The notes under the pieces were generated by a model. The model had not been told where the DNA came from. It searched no databases and saw only the letters and a list, made by a program, of their open reading frames with translations. Positions 1-11,847 of a stretch of 64,000 bases of DNA are shown here, piece by piece; position 1 is the first letter of the stretch, and every line of letters begins with the position of its first letter. The stretch is taken from assembly GCA_000182565.2 (NCBI GenBank), contig KQ257454.1. The stretch is one strand, 5' to 3'. Source of the DNA: Spizellomyces punctatus DAOM BR117. Lineage: Eukaryota. Made by a program: the position numbers and the translations under genes.

Positions 1-432
1 GCGATAGGAGTTGGACAGAGGGGCCGATTATGAAAAAAAGGGTTTGCCGAAATTCTGAATAATGTGTTGCTTTTTTGGCAAGTTTATGGTTGAAAGATTG
101 ATGAGGAGGTTGATTGTAACTTTTATCCAACTCGCCTGCTAGTCGCTTGTGAAGGGATGTCCGGCCGTGGGCCATGCCCAGGGTTAAAAACAAGAATGCT
201 CATGAAAGGCATCAGCAGAAAAGTTACCCCATCACCAAACCACCTTTTCAACATCCTCTACGTTTTAAACCCCATCATCAAAACCCCTCCACCACCAACC
301 AAAATCCCACTAGACGACTTGTTACTTTTCAAACGGAACCCTTACCTTTCTCGATCAACGCGTCACACAACTTGTTACCATAGCCACAGACTTACCACAT
401 CCCCCCGACCACAAACCACACAAAACATAATC

Positions 433-1676
433 ATGCATCCCACTCGTATCCTCCACCGCGCAGCATTACCACGCACAAAACCCGCCTTACTCCTCGCAAC
501 CAAATGGAACGAAAAGCACGGTAAGCCAACACTCACCTCATCTCATCATACATGTTCTAATGAGATTTTCCATGTGTAGATCCGACGGGATGGTGGATAT
601 CCGAGAAATACGATGGCGTCCGAGCGTACTGGGATAGCAAAGCCCAGAAAATGGTGTCGAGATTAGGAAATGTTTTTGGTGTTCCGGAATGGTTTACGCG
701 TGGTAAGCTTAAAGTTGCGAAAATCATTATACTAAAGTTAATAATGTTGTGGGTTGGTAATGTAGATTTGCCGAAAGATATGGATTTAGATGGAGAGTTG
801 TGGGGAGGCTACGGAGCATTCTCGCGAACCGTTTCAGTCGTCAAGACACTCAAACAAAATCAAATGACACTACCCACATGGTCTTGTCTTACCTACCAAA
901 TCTTTGACACCCCAACCAAAGACCCTTTTGAAACCCGACTCGTACTTTTAAAAAAGTACATGGCGAATATACATGCTCGGCATCTTTGTCTTGTTGATTA
1001 TCGACAATGTACGTCTCGTGAGGATTTACGGGAGGAATTGGAGCGTGTGGAGAGGAGGGGTGGGGAGGGGATCATGTTGCGGAGGGCTGGGAGTTTGTAT
1101 ATTGGGAAACGGGATGCGAGTTTGAGGAAATTGAAAAAGGGGTTGGATGCGGAGTGTGTTGTTGTTGGGTATGAGGAAGGTAAGGGGAGGAATGAGGGGG
1201 TTGTGGGGTCGCTCAAGGTATGTCTTGAACCTTTTTTTGCAAGGTGGTTGTGGTGTTGATGTCGGGGTTTCTAGTGCCGGTTGGAGAATGACAAGGTGTT
1301 TTGGCTTGGGTCGGGGCTGACGGATGAGGATCGGAAGTGTCCGCCTCCGATTGGGTCGGTTGTAACGTTTCGGTTTATGGAGTGGACAAAGGAGGGTATA
1401 CCCCGGCACCCCAGTTTTGTTGGTGTGCGGATAGATTATGATCCAGATGCCGGCACGGACACCAGTATGGATGCCGCCATGGATGTCGGCACGAATGTGG
1501 AAATGGACACGATCGCAAGTGCAAGCGTAAACACGGAGCAAAGCACACGACATGTGCAAGTGGACACAAACGCCAATGCAAACGAAGACAGACCACCAGA
1601 ACCAGAAGCAAAAACAAGAATCCCTGCCACTATGTCAATGACCAGTACGCACTTCAAGTCCACTAGTATGAATTAG
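433..1676 (+). CDS. Minimal ATP-dependent DNA ligase (LigE/kDNA-ligase-like; adenylation + OB domain), 4 exons
   Basis: Spliced translation MHPTRIL..LLLATKWNEKH|DPTGWWISEKYDGVRAYWD (KxDG motif I)..LDGELW..GGEGIMLR..LRKLK..LGSGLTDEDRKCPPPIGSVVTFRF..GIPRHPSFVGVR; GT-AG introns at ~521-579, ~703-765, ~1218-1274. Confidence 0.9.
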
Positions 1677-1707
1677 ATACAAAAACCAAAAAGTAACATG
1701 TCTTGTT

Positions 1708-3851
1708 TTACAGGGAATTGGGCATGACATAAAATGCCCAGGCAATGACAATGTAGGCACCGAGAAGCATGACGCCTTCCAACCAATTGGTCTGACCGTC
1801 CGAAATAACCGAATTGACGACAAAGATTGAAACCTACAAAAGAAAGGTTCAACTCTGGAGCAACAGAGACCATTCAAAGCGTCATCAAAAGGTACGCACA
1901 AACATGACACTGGTCTCAAAGGCCGAAAAAGCCAAGGAAAGCGGTTGATTCCATATCCACCCGAAAATGACACAAATGGGCGTAACGAGCAAGGCAATCT
2001 GCATGGAACTCCCAATAGCAACGCCAATCACGAGATCCATTTTATCCTTCATGGCGACCGAAACGGCTGTAACGTGTTCTGCGGCATTACCGACAATGGG
2101 AAGGAGGATGAGACCGACAAAGGTTTGACTCAGGTGCCATTGTTCAGAGACAGTTTCAATGGATCCGACGAGGTACTCTCCGCAGACTGACACGAGGACA
2201 GTGACAGAGAGGAGGAGGGTGACGGCGGCGGGGAGTGTAATATTGGGTTCTTCTGTTTGAGCTAGGAGTAGCATGTCAGCAAAAACTGGCCGATTGCATG
2301 TACACGTATAGACGTTACCATCCTCGCCCTCTTCTGCAGTGAAAAACTCGTGATGCGTCTTGAGTTGAAAGTATAAAAAGAGAATGTAAATGATAAACAG
2401 GACGAGCTGCGTGAAAGACAGTTGTCAATACAGTGGTGACTGGGAAATGAGAATGCAAAAGACATACAGCGGTGCCCCGGGACAGTTCCAAGAGGAGAAC
2501 GTCGGCCGTGTCCTTGCCCGCAATAGTGAATTGGAATGCCGCTGGAACGACAAACGCCAGCACCGCTCTGGGAAAGAAAACATGGTGAGAAATCAAGAGA
2601 CATAGAATTGGCACGCAACAATACGCCAAGAAAGTTGTGTGAGAGCGGGACAGAATTCCCACGGAGCGACAACATTTTCCCACGCTCCCTCTCCATGACG
2701 AGCGCCAGCGAGTCATGGCCCTATCCATTACCCGCACGCGAACGCAAACACGAACGCACGAATGCAACAAGACGCCAAGGGAGTTGTGCGAGAGCGGGAC
2801 AGAATTCCCACCCAACGACAACATTTTCCCACGCTCTCTCTCTCCATGACGAGCGCCAGCGAGTCATGGCCCTATCCGTCACCCGAACGCGAACACAAAC
2901 GCGAACGCAACAATACGCCAAGAAAGTTGTGTGAGAGAGAGCATTCCCACCCAGCGACAAAATGTTCCCACGCTCTCTCTCTCCATGACGAGCGCTAGCG
3001 AGTCATGCCCTATCCGTCACCCGAACTCGAATGCGAACGCAACGAACGCTAATCCCGAACCCTAAAACCCGAACGCGAACACGAACGCTAAACCCAAACT
3101 CTAAAATCCGAATCCTAAAACCCGAATCCTAAAACCCAAACCCTAAAACCCGAACGCGAACGCTAAACCCAAACCCTAGAACCCAACCTAAACCCGAACC
3201 CTAAAACCCAAACTCTAAAACCCGAACGCTAACCCAAACCCTAAAACCCTAAACCTAACCCAAACTCCAAGCCCTCTCTCTGCTGCCCTCGCTAACGCTC
3301 AGGGAGCATCGTACTCACATGCAAAGCAGCGAAGCACTGGTCTGGGCAGCAGTCACGTTAAACCTCTGATTCTTGAAATAGAGACCACCTGCGAGAAAGG
3401 ATGCACCTAGGACCAAGAGCAGATTGGAGAGGATACTCCCCAATAAACTTGCTTGAACGACTGTAATCAAGCCATTGTGGAGAGCAATGAGACCGACAAT
3501 CAATTCGACAGCGTTTCCAAATGTGGCATTCAAGAGTCCCCCAATTGTCTCGTTTGTCCTGAGAGCGAGTTCCTCTGTTGCGAGACCAAGAAGCTTGGCC
3601 ATGGGCAAGAGAGCCATGAAATTAAAAGCAAAAGTCAATGCATCTGGCCAGTCCAATATTCCCGAGAGGATGCCAAGAGGACAAAAGATGAGAAGAATAT
3701 TGATCCAGTTTGATAAGAAAATGTAGCGAAGGGAAGTTGACCAAGAGGGAGGAGGAGGACCGAATATGAATCCAGCGTCAGAGTCTGAGCGAGAGACGTT
3801 TCTCAAGCGAGGAGAAGCAGAAGCAGGTATAGCTCCATATGCAGCGGGCAT
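1708..3851 (-). CDS. VCX1: Vacuolar Ca2+/H+ exchanger (CAX family), multi-exon
   Basis: alpha-repeat motifs GGLLNATFGNAVELI and GLILLPIVGNAAEH; C-terminus DGQTNWLEGVMLLGAY..PNSL*; ~750-bp intron at 2568-3318. Confidence 0.95.
2617..3045. repeat. Three tandem ~145-bp units in the VCX1 intron
   Basis: aacaatacgccaag..gttgtg..gaattcccac..ttcccacgctc..ccatgacgagcgccagcgagtcatggccctatcc recurs at ~2617, ~2766 and ~2909. Confidence 0.9.
3046..3270. repeat. Degenerate telomere-like array (CCCRAA-CCCTAAAA / CCCTAA variants)
   Basis: Repeated cccgaaccctaaaa, cccaaaccctaaaa, ccctaaacctaacc (TTTTAGGG/TTAGGG-like on the - strand). Confidence 0.8.
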
Positions 3852-4734
3852 TGTGTGTGTTCCGTTTGTAGAAACGAGTGTGTGTGTGTGGAGAGAGAGA
3901 GAAAGAGTAAGATGAAAGTCAAAAGTCACATGATAATGAGAACACGCATAGTGTGGAGGCGATTGAAAATGGCACTAGGAACCATTATTATCCGGATTAA
4001 TCCGGTTAATCATATCGCATAATCAGAACCCCCCTCTATCGCTCAGATTGGTGTGGCATGTATTGTAATGTTTTTTTTTTTTAAACTGCGGTGAGGCGCA
4101 TGCCCAAAGGTCTATAAAAGGGGGGCCATTTCCCTCTTTCCTCTTTACCCATCCTCGACTCGAAGCATCTGCGCAACGCTCATTGCGACCCACATTGCAA
4201 CCTCATAGCAACCCACACAACCTCATCGCGACTCGGTCAACCATGAGAACGCCGATGTGGTGGTGTCGAGGACCTCGACCGCCCGACAGCAACCGTGATC
4301 AGAACCAGCGGCAACCAATCGGATCCGATAACAAAACCTACTATTATACTGCCACATTAGTTGAGCTTGGTTGGTATGTACTGATGGCATTTCTTTTCAT
4401 TCTGTCATTCTGTCGCTGACATGCAGTTTTAGTCTCCAAGCCTGAACATCCTCTGGCTTGTGACGCTGCCCAGTCGATTCGCTCCTGGATGCAAGAGTCT
4501 GGCTTCAATGCCATCAAGAGTTCCAGATCAAGGCCTAGTAGGGACCGCGTGTGGTGGTGGGCAATTATCCGGTTAGAACCAACCGTTACGTATTGCGTGT
4601 ATAATTGCCTATTAGTAGTTAGTTATCTTTTCCGAACCGGTTGTCGCCGGTTTATTCCCTGGTGTAGTAGCTAGTGCCAGTTTCTGTCACCTCTACACTA
4701 TGAAATGAAAAAGTGTGGTAATAAATGGTTGATT

Positions 4735-4859
4735 AAAGAGAGAGAGAGAGAGAGTATTGAATGTATATAATCACTCTCTCTGTGTGTGTGTATATAAGAG
4801 AATAAGAGAATAAAAAGTGTAAGAATTTGTGTGAGGAAAGTGTGATCAAGTGAAATGGA

Positions 4860-4897
<38 letters not shown>

Positions 4898-5087
4898 TAA
4901 AAAGTGCGAGCGTGAACAGAGTCTCTCTCTCTCTCTCTCTCTCTCTTGTCTTGAATCAACTAGCGTTTGTGTGTGTGTGTTTTATATATTCTCTCTTCTC
5001 TCTCTCTCGTTTGTATTCAATCAATTAGTGTGTTTATGAGAGAGAGAATTCCTTTATATCATTATTCTCTCTCTCTCTCTCTCTACT

Positions 5088-5131
<44 letters not shown>

Positions 5132-5300
5132 ATTGCATTCCCACATCGCCTTCTTCTTTCATGGTGACATATCTACTAAGCATTTTATTATACTCTTTAT
5201 AGAATTGTCAAGTGGGGGAAGCCACGGTTTCTATTTTGATTAGTTATTCTCTTCTTTATTCTTCTTGTTTCTCTCTCATCTCTCTTCTTGTTCTTGTTCT
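4735..5300. repeat. (GA)n/(CT)n/(GT)n microsatellite cluster upstream of the bZIP gene
   Basis: (GA)n at ~4737-4754 and ~4865-4894; (CT)n at ~4922-4946 and ~5066-5130. Confidence 0.95.
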
Positions 5301-5317
5301 TCTTGCAACTGGGCTAA

Positions 5318-6967
5318 ATGAATACGCATCAGCCTTTGGTCGCTACAACGAGCAGTCTCAGTCCTGCTCTCTTTGAGGCACTCGCTGCAAAACACGGCAA
5401 CTTGCTACACTTGGGGGGCACAAAGCGTCCTAGCGTGCAGGATGAGGGTGTTCGCAAGAACCACGCTCACTTGCCCACTCCCATTGAGGGTATGTGCGTT
5501 TGGAATTACACAACTACTAGTCACTCTTGTTGAGACTCTATTTTTGTCGCTCGCTAGACGGACTGCAGGGGACACCTCTGAAAAAAAAACCAGGTCGCAA
5601 GCCCGCCACCACAGAGCCCGCCAATAAGCGCACGGCTCAAAACAGAGCCGCTCAGCGTGCTTTTAGAGAGCGCAAGGAACGCTATGTCAAGGAACTCGAA
5701 ACGCGTGTCGCTCAGTTGGAACAAGCACAGACAAAGGCAGAAACGGGGGAACTCGTTGATGAAAACTCTAAACTACGCCAACGAGTAGAAGAGCTCGAGA
5801 CGGAAAATAAATTGTTGCGTGAAGTGTCGTCCTTTACTTTTGAATTCCCACCTCAACCGTCATCACAGCAACAACAACAACAACAACAATCAGAACAACA
5901 ACAAAATCTTACACCAGTCTCGGACACCCCTAAATCGATTCCCTTTCACTTTGATCAACCCAACGGCTCTGCAAATCATAAAGACGCTCCCATTTCTCCT
6001 GCCTCCATTATCCAGAGCGAGCCCACTCCCTTTACGAACCACTCCTCTCCCTTTTCCACAAACAGCGCCAACAATGACCTTCCAGGCCTCGAAGCGGAAT
6101 CCTACTCTCTTTTCGACGACTTGGCCAGTTCGACGTTGTCGGTCGTGTCGGATGCAGAAGTGCGAGACGAAAATGACCTCGACGCTCTCCTCGGTGGCAT
6201 TCCTCTTGGACAATTTTCATTTACTGAACCCATCCAGTCTATATCTCAACAATCGCAACAGCAGCAACGACAACAACAACCACAACAACAACAACAAGCA
6301 GCGTTTTACAATGAGCCCAACCCGTTTTCAGCCACCTTTTCCAACCCTTTTACCACTGAAAACCTCATTTTCGATGCAGAGTTTCAAGACTTTTTGAGTT
6401 TGAGTGCTGTCCAGACACCTCCAATCCAACCTCTTGTCTTTGCATCATCACCCGCACCCCTCACATCCCCCGAACACCAGCGACAACAGCAACAACAACA
6501 ACAATCATCTCTGCTGTGGTCACCACCACCACCAACAACAACCACAACAACAAGTCAACCATCGCCATCGTCGATGCTGGTAAACGAATTCAAGAAAAAG
6601 GATTTGGTCGAGGAATGCTCGATTGACGAATTGTGCGATATCTTCAAGGTGGGCACACTGTTTGACTCGTGTCTTTTGGTGTGGGTGCATTAGTGACTGA
6701 CACGTACAATTACAATAGGCCAAAGCCCAATGCTCGGAAATGGTCCACCTCCAAAACAAGATTTTGCAAGCGGCCGAAGAGGGCAAAAAGGAAGAAGTCA
6801 TGGATTTGTTGTTGGTGTGCAAGGAAAAGAAGCGGATGCACATGGTATGTTTTTTGATTGTTTTTGCATGTCAAGTATAATAATAATTTACAATGTTTTC
6901 GTTCTAGTTGCGAATGAAGGCCGGTGTAACAGTGCTTCCACCCGGATTGGATGCACCTCCATTGTAG
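5318..6967 (+). CDS. YAP1: Yap1/Pap1-like bZIP oxidative-stress transcription factor, 4 exons
   Basis: Basic region KRTAQNRAAQRAFRERKERYVKELE with leucine zipper; spliced C-terminal cysteine-rich domain CSIDELCDIFK|AKAQCSE; polyQ tracts. Confidence 0.88.
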
Positions 6968-7047
6968 TTTTTTGTGCTAGTCTAATGAAATTTATTCGTG
7001 TCCTAGTTTTGTTGTCTTTTTTTTTTTTTTTTGTATAGAATGAACAT

Positions 7048-8600
7048 TTATTCTTTTTTCTGCTTTGGAATGACATGAACGGGTGGATGGGGCCATGTAT
7101 CCCCCCAATGTGATTTGCGGGCTTCAAAGTACTGCATTTTACCGCCTTTTGTTTTTGTGATTGTTGCGCGTTCGAGGTGGCCAGAGGGGCTGCACCAGTC
7201 TAGGATGACGTGGCCGTCGCGTTTTAGTGGGGGGGCAATGATGCGTGGCCAGGTGTATGCTGCCGTATGCATGTCCGTGTTGAATTCGTTGTCATGTTGC
7301 GCATCCCCTTGTGCATTGGCTTCAGTGTGCATGTCCGTGTTGAATTCCTTGTCATGTCGCACATTCCCTTGTGCAAAGCCTTGTACACTGCTCTGTGCAT
7401 CACTCTTCACAGACGGCCGCAAACCCCTCCTCAAAACCACAAACGAAAATTTCGCATCCTCATGAATTCTGTTTCGCCCCCTTGGTCACCATCATGAACC
7501 CGATTCCTCTGCACCCTCTGCGAAAAATGACACCAACTGTCATGCCCCAACATTGGACACGCCCCATCATGCGGACAAGGCGCCACAACATGGGCATTTC
7601 CTAATCCCAATATCTGGGCCCGTGCCTTTGCAATCATGTTGAACCCCTCGGGTGTCCCTCGATCCACCAAAACTAGAACATCCCGTGTGTGATCCCATAG
7701 AGATTGGACAGTTTGTTCGTGTTGAGAGGACGGCATATCGCTTAATGTGTATGCGCAAATCACTAGATCCGCTGGTTGGGGTTGAGGTGGTAAATACCGT
7801 TTCGTCAATAAATTAAAACCAAGTCTTGATCCCATCCTCTCTGCAACACGTAACATATCCACCGAGATATCCACTCCAACATGTTCTTGAATGGTATCAA
7901 AAGTATGTTGCACGGCCCACAATGCCGTCCCTGGCCCAACACCAAAATCCAATACACTCGTCGGTTGAAACGATGGAACCCGTTTCGATAGTTGAATAAG
8001 CACGTTCCGGATGGCTGCGTAGGTTGTCCCTGTTCTTGAGGCGAGGTATCCGGCTGTTTCGACGGGACCGTATGTGAGTGTGTGGCGGGGTATCAGTGGG
8101 ACAAGACCTTTTGAGGTTGTGCGGTAGAGTTTGGAGGATGAACCGGTTGAGCGGAGGGATGTGGAGATTTTTTGGACGGATTGTTTTAGTTGGTGGGGTG
8201 GAATGTCTTTATGTATTATTAGTACCTTTAGTGCATGTTGTAAATGGAATGTGGGCATGTTTTACCTGTGAGTTCTTGTTGGATTCCGGTGAGAATGGGG
8301 TCTGGGAGGCTGATCCATCCCGATTCGGTTTTGTCCAAAGAGGCCTTGAGGTGTGAAACGGGATACTGTCCGGGTATTGGATTCTGGGGGGGGATGGCTA
8401 GTATCTTGTGTGATCTCGGATGGGGTGCGATCGCTAATGTCAGGTGTGATCTCGGACGGGGTGCATATTGCAGATCGTGCGGGTGGTACAGGTGTATCGG
8501 GAATAGTGGATTCGGATGCAAGAAATGTCAATGTGCGAAAGAGTGAATGCTGTGTTTTGCGTGCAGTGCATTTGCACCATTGCGTCCGTCGAGAAATCAT
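7048..8600 (-). CDS. RSM22: Mitochondrial small ribosomal subunit Rsm22/METTL17-like SAM-binding protein; sequence carries three apparent +1 frameshifts
   Basis: [80 protein letters not shown]. Confidence 0.85.
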
Positions 8601-8893
8601 GTCCAAATCACACTTTCAAAGAATCGATGGTTCAAAAGCTCTCCCCGTTTGGTTCGCAGTCTCCCGGAATGACTCACAATTTATTTATTTTTTTTTTGTT
8701 CAAAGTTTCGGACACGGTTTTTTGGGGGTGAGATTTATCTATGTAGGTTTGGGGCATTTTGTTGACTTTTACGTTTTTGTTATCTGGACGACGGCTAGAC
8801 TCTTTTGCCCTCCCGTCCTTTATTTTTTTTTTCCATCAACAAAACACAACCAACTGCTAGAGGGACACGTTTTCCCTCACCTCTTCCAGAGTA

Positions 8894-10467
8894 ATGAACA
8901 GGCAAGTCCACCCATTGTGCATCCCACTACACAAGTCGCATTCTAACATTACTACAGTTTCTTTGCCGGTCGCCCGCTCTTGCGATCGTCTCGCCTGACA
9001 CTCCTCCCAACCCGCACCACAACAAACATTCTCGCAATGGCCTCTTCACGTGCATACTCGACAACCCCTTCCAAAATCGTTGTCCAAAACCCCATTGTCG
9101 AACTCGACGGCGACGAAATGACGCGCATCATTTGGAAGTGGATTAAAGACAAGCTCATCTTTCCATACCTGTCTCTTCCAATCAAGTACTATGACCTTGG
9201 TGTTGAGTACCGGGACAAGACGAACGATCAAGTCACGATTGAAGCTGCTGAAGCGATCAAAAAGTATCATGTTGGTATAAAGTGTGCGACGATTACGCCT
9301 GATGAAGCTCGGGTGCAAGAGTTTGGGTTGAAGCAAATGTGGAAGAGTCCTAATGGGACCATTAGGAATATTTTGGGGGGAACGGTGTTTAGGGAACCCA
9401 TCTTGTTGAAGAATGTGCCGAGGTTGGTCCCTGGATGGAAACATCCGATTATTATTGGACGTCATGCGTTTGGTGATCAGGTATGTTTTTTTTTTTCTCA
9501 CTCTTTTTCATGTCCCTCGACTTTTTTTCCGTGGTTTCGTTGACATGCACTCTAAACACGTTCGTTTTACAGTACAGGGCCACCGACTTTATTGCCGACG
9601 AGCCCGGAACATTTGAAATGACCTTCCGCCCCAAATCCGGCGGTCCACCCAAAACCTTTACCGTCTACGAATTCCAAGGCCGCGGCGTCGGAATGGGCAT
9701 GTACAATACCGACGAATCCATTTACGGATTCGCCCAGAGTTGCTTTGAAATGGCGCTTGCCCGTAAAATGCCTCTGTACCTCTCGACCAAAAACACCATT
9801 TTGAAAAAATACGATGGACGATTCAAGGATATTTTCCAACAAGTCTACGAAAAAGACTATGAATCGTCCTTTAAGGCCGCTGGTATCTGGTACGAACACC
9901 GCCTCATTGACGATATGGTCGCGCAAGCCCTCAAATCCCCCGGAAACTTCATCTGGGCCTGCAAAAACTATGATGGGGACGTTCAATCCGATACCCTTGC
10001 CCAAGGCTTTGGATCCCTCGGTCTCATGACATCAGTCCTCTTGACGCCCGATGGCAAGACAATGGAATCCGAAGCGGCTCATGGAACTGTTACGCGTCAT
10101 TATCGGGAACACCAAAAGGGCAAGGAAACGAGTACGAATTCCATTGCGAGTATCTTTGCTTGGTCAAGGGGATTAGCTCATCGTGCGAAATTGGATGGGA
10201 ATGATCGGTTGAAGGCTTTTTGTGCCGAGTTGGAAAAAGCTTGTGTCGAGACGGTTGAAAAGGATAATATCATGACCAAGGATTTGGCCTTGTCGATTCA
10301 TGGACAGGGGTAAGTCAACCTTGATGTCAGTGGTACATTTCGTACATTTGCTCATGGTTTGTTTTTGGTATAGTTTGAAACGTGAGCACTATGTCACCTC
10401 GGAGGAATTCATTGACCACGTTGCCAAGCGCCTTGCAGGAGCCCTTCAATCGCAAGCTAAATTGTAA
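8894..10467 (+). CDS. IDP1: NADP-dependent isocitrate dehydrogenase with N-terminal mitochondrial-like leader and C-terminal PTS1 (AKL)
   Basis: [58 protein letters not shown]; last exon ends ..LQSQAKL*. Confidence 0.97.
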
Positions 10468-10608
10468 AACCGCACACAACACACACTTTTATTTTTTTTT
10501 TTTGTAGCGTGCATTGCATGTAGAACCAACAAGATAGTATTTAGAATCCATGGCATGATGTTTAATAAACCATTTACATAACCAACACTTTTGCAAAATT
10601 TTTTTTTT

Positions 10609-11847
10609 TTATAAATTCACTAATCCATCTGTTATGGACCGTTTCCCATCCATAAGAGTCTTTAGTGGTGTTTTTGGAGTCTGACCTCGTTGTCGTGGTG
10701 TTCCAGTTTTTCCAATCCACGGCGACGAACCTCTAGGTGACGCATATGAAGCACGTAACTGCGAATCCCCACTTTTTTTACTCTTGCTTAACAAGTGTCT
10801 TGCTGCTGGTGATAATAATTCTGAACGGGTAGGTTCCCTCAAAGGTGTTTTAGGCTGTCCAAAAAAATCCGGTCGTTTGCCCTTGTTTGCTTTTTCCGCC
10901 AATTTCTTTCCAATAATTTCTCGTCGTGGTGTTGGAGGCATTGAAAAGCCTTTTCCATCCATTAAGAGGGGTGTGCCTTCTACTGTTCCCCACGTTAACA
11001 ATGCCGATGGATCAATCGTATCGTTCAGGACGGGTGTCGAGGGTACGAAACTGTATCCATTCACGTTTGGACTGTTTTGGGGGAGTAGGCCTGGTGTTGC
11101 TTTTGCTAAATCCCGCCACACGTCCTGAGTTTTCTGTCGTTCCATTGTTGTAGTGTCACTTGTATTTGTATTGGATGGGAATCGGGTACTATCATGTGAA
11201 ATCGCTTTTGGTTCTCCTCGTCCAGTCTCGATCGCCGTGGACCCATCCACGGATGGATAATACATGAGGGAATTCTTTGCAGCGTATTTCCACTGTTGGA
11301 TTCTTTTGGCTTCTTTTTCGTTATCGGGTGTCGTACCCAATTGAAGAACTCGTGTCTCTTTATCGTAGATCCAACTGTATTTTTTGCGTTTATCGTCGTT
11401 GATGCGGGTTATCATGTTATTAAACGATGCATTGTCTTCGCTTGTGTACCGCGACTGAAATGCGTCCAATGACATGTTGGTATTCACCGGTATCGTATCC
11501 TTTTCCGCTGTATCCGTTATGGACGTTTGAATGTCACCGCGATCCACCTGGTTTAATTCATCGCCTAATACCCTAACAACCCCATATTCCCCATTCTGAA
11601 CGGCATCCAACAACTCATTCTGGAGTTTTATTCGTTTTAAATGTGGAAAGAAATCTCTTTGGATTATTTTTGAGAGGGATTCGACGTATGTATCTTCTTC
11701 GAGGACGTCTGGTGTGCGTTTTTGGGATTGTGTTGGAGTTGGGGTTGATTGTTGGATTAGAGATGTGGATTGGGTGGGTAATGTTTGGATTGTGGAGGGG
11801 GGAGATGTTGTGGGTGGTTGTGTTGACGAGGACATTGACGAAGACAT
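10609..11847 (-). CDS. ESS2: Splicing factor ESS2/DGCR14 (nuclear protein Es2)
   Basis: LEEDTYVESLSKIIQRDFFP; SLDAFQSRYTSEDNASF; W.YAAKNSLMYYP; TWGTVEGTPLL; LSPAARHLL; LRASY. Confidence 0.92.
   Translation of the reverse strand: MSSSMSSSTQPPTTSPPSTIQTLPTQSTSLIQQSTPTPTQSQKRTPDVLEEDTYVESLSKIIQRDFFPHLKRIKLQNELLDAVQNGEYGVVRVLGDELNQVDRGDIQTSITDTAEKDTIPVNTNMSLDAFQSRYTSEDNASFNNMITRINDDKRKKYSWIYDKETRVLQLGTTPDNEKEAKRIQQWKYAAKNSLMYYPSVDGSTAIETGRGEPKAISHDSTRFPSNTNTSDTTTMERQKTQDVWRDLAKATPGLLPQNSPNVNGYSFVPSTPVLNDTIDPSALLTWGTVEGTPLLMDGKGFSMPPTPRREIIGKKLAEKANKGKRPDFFGQPKTPLREPTRSELLSPAARHLLSKSKKSGDSQLRASYASPRGSSPWIGKTGTPRQRGQTPKTPLKTLMDGKRSITDGLVNL

Noticed and set aside
8353..8946. 197-aa + strand ORF and similar antisense ORFs in the track
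   Set aside because: Shadow frames overlapping well-supported genes on the opposite strand.
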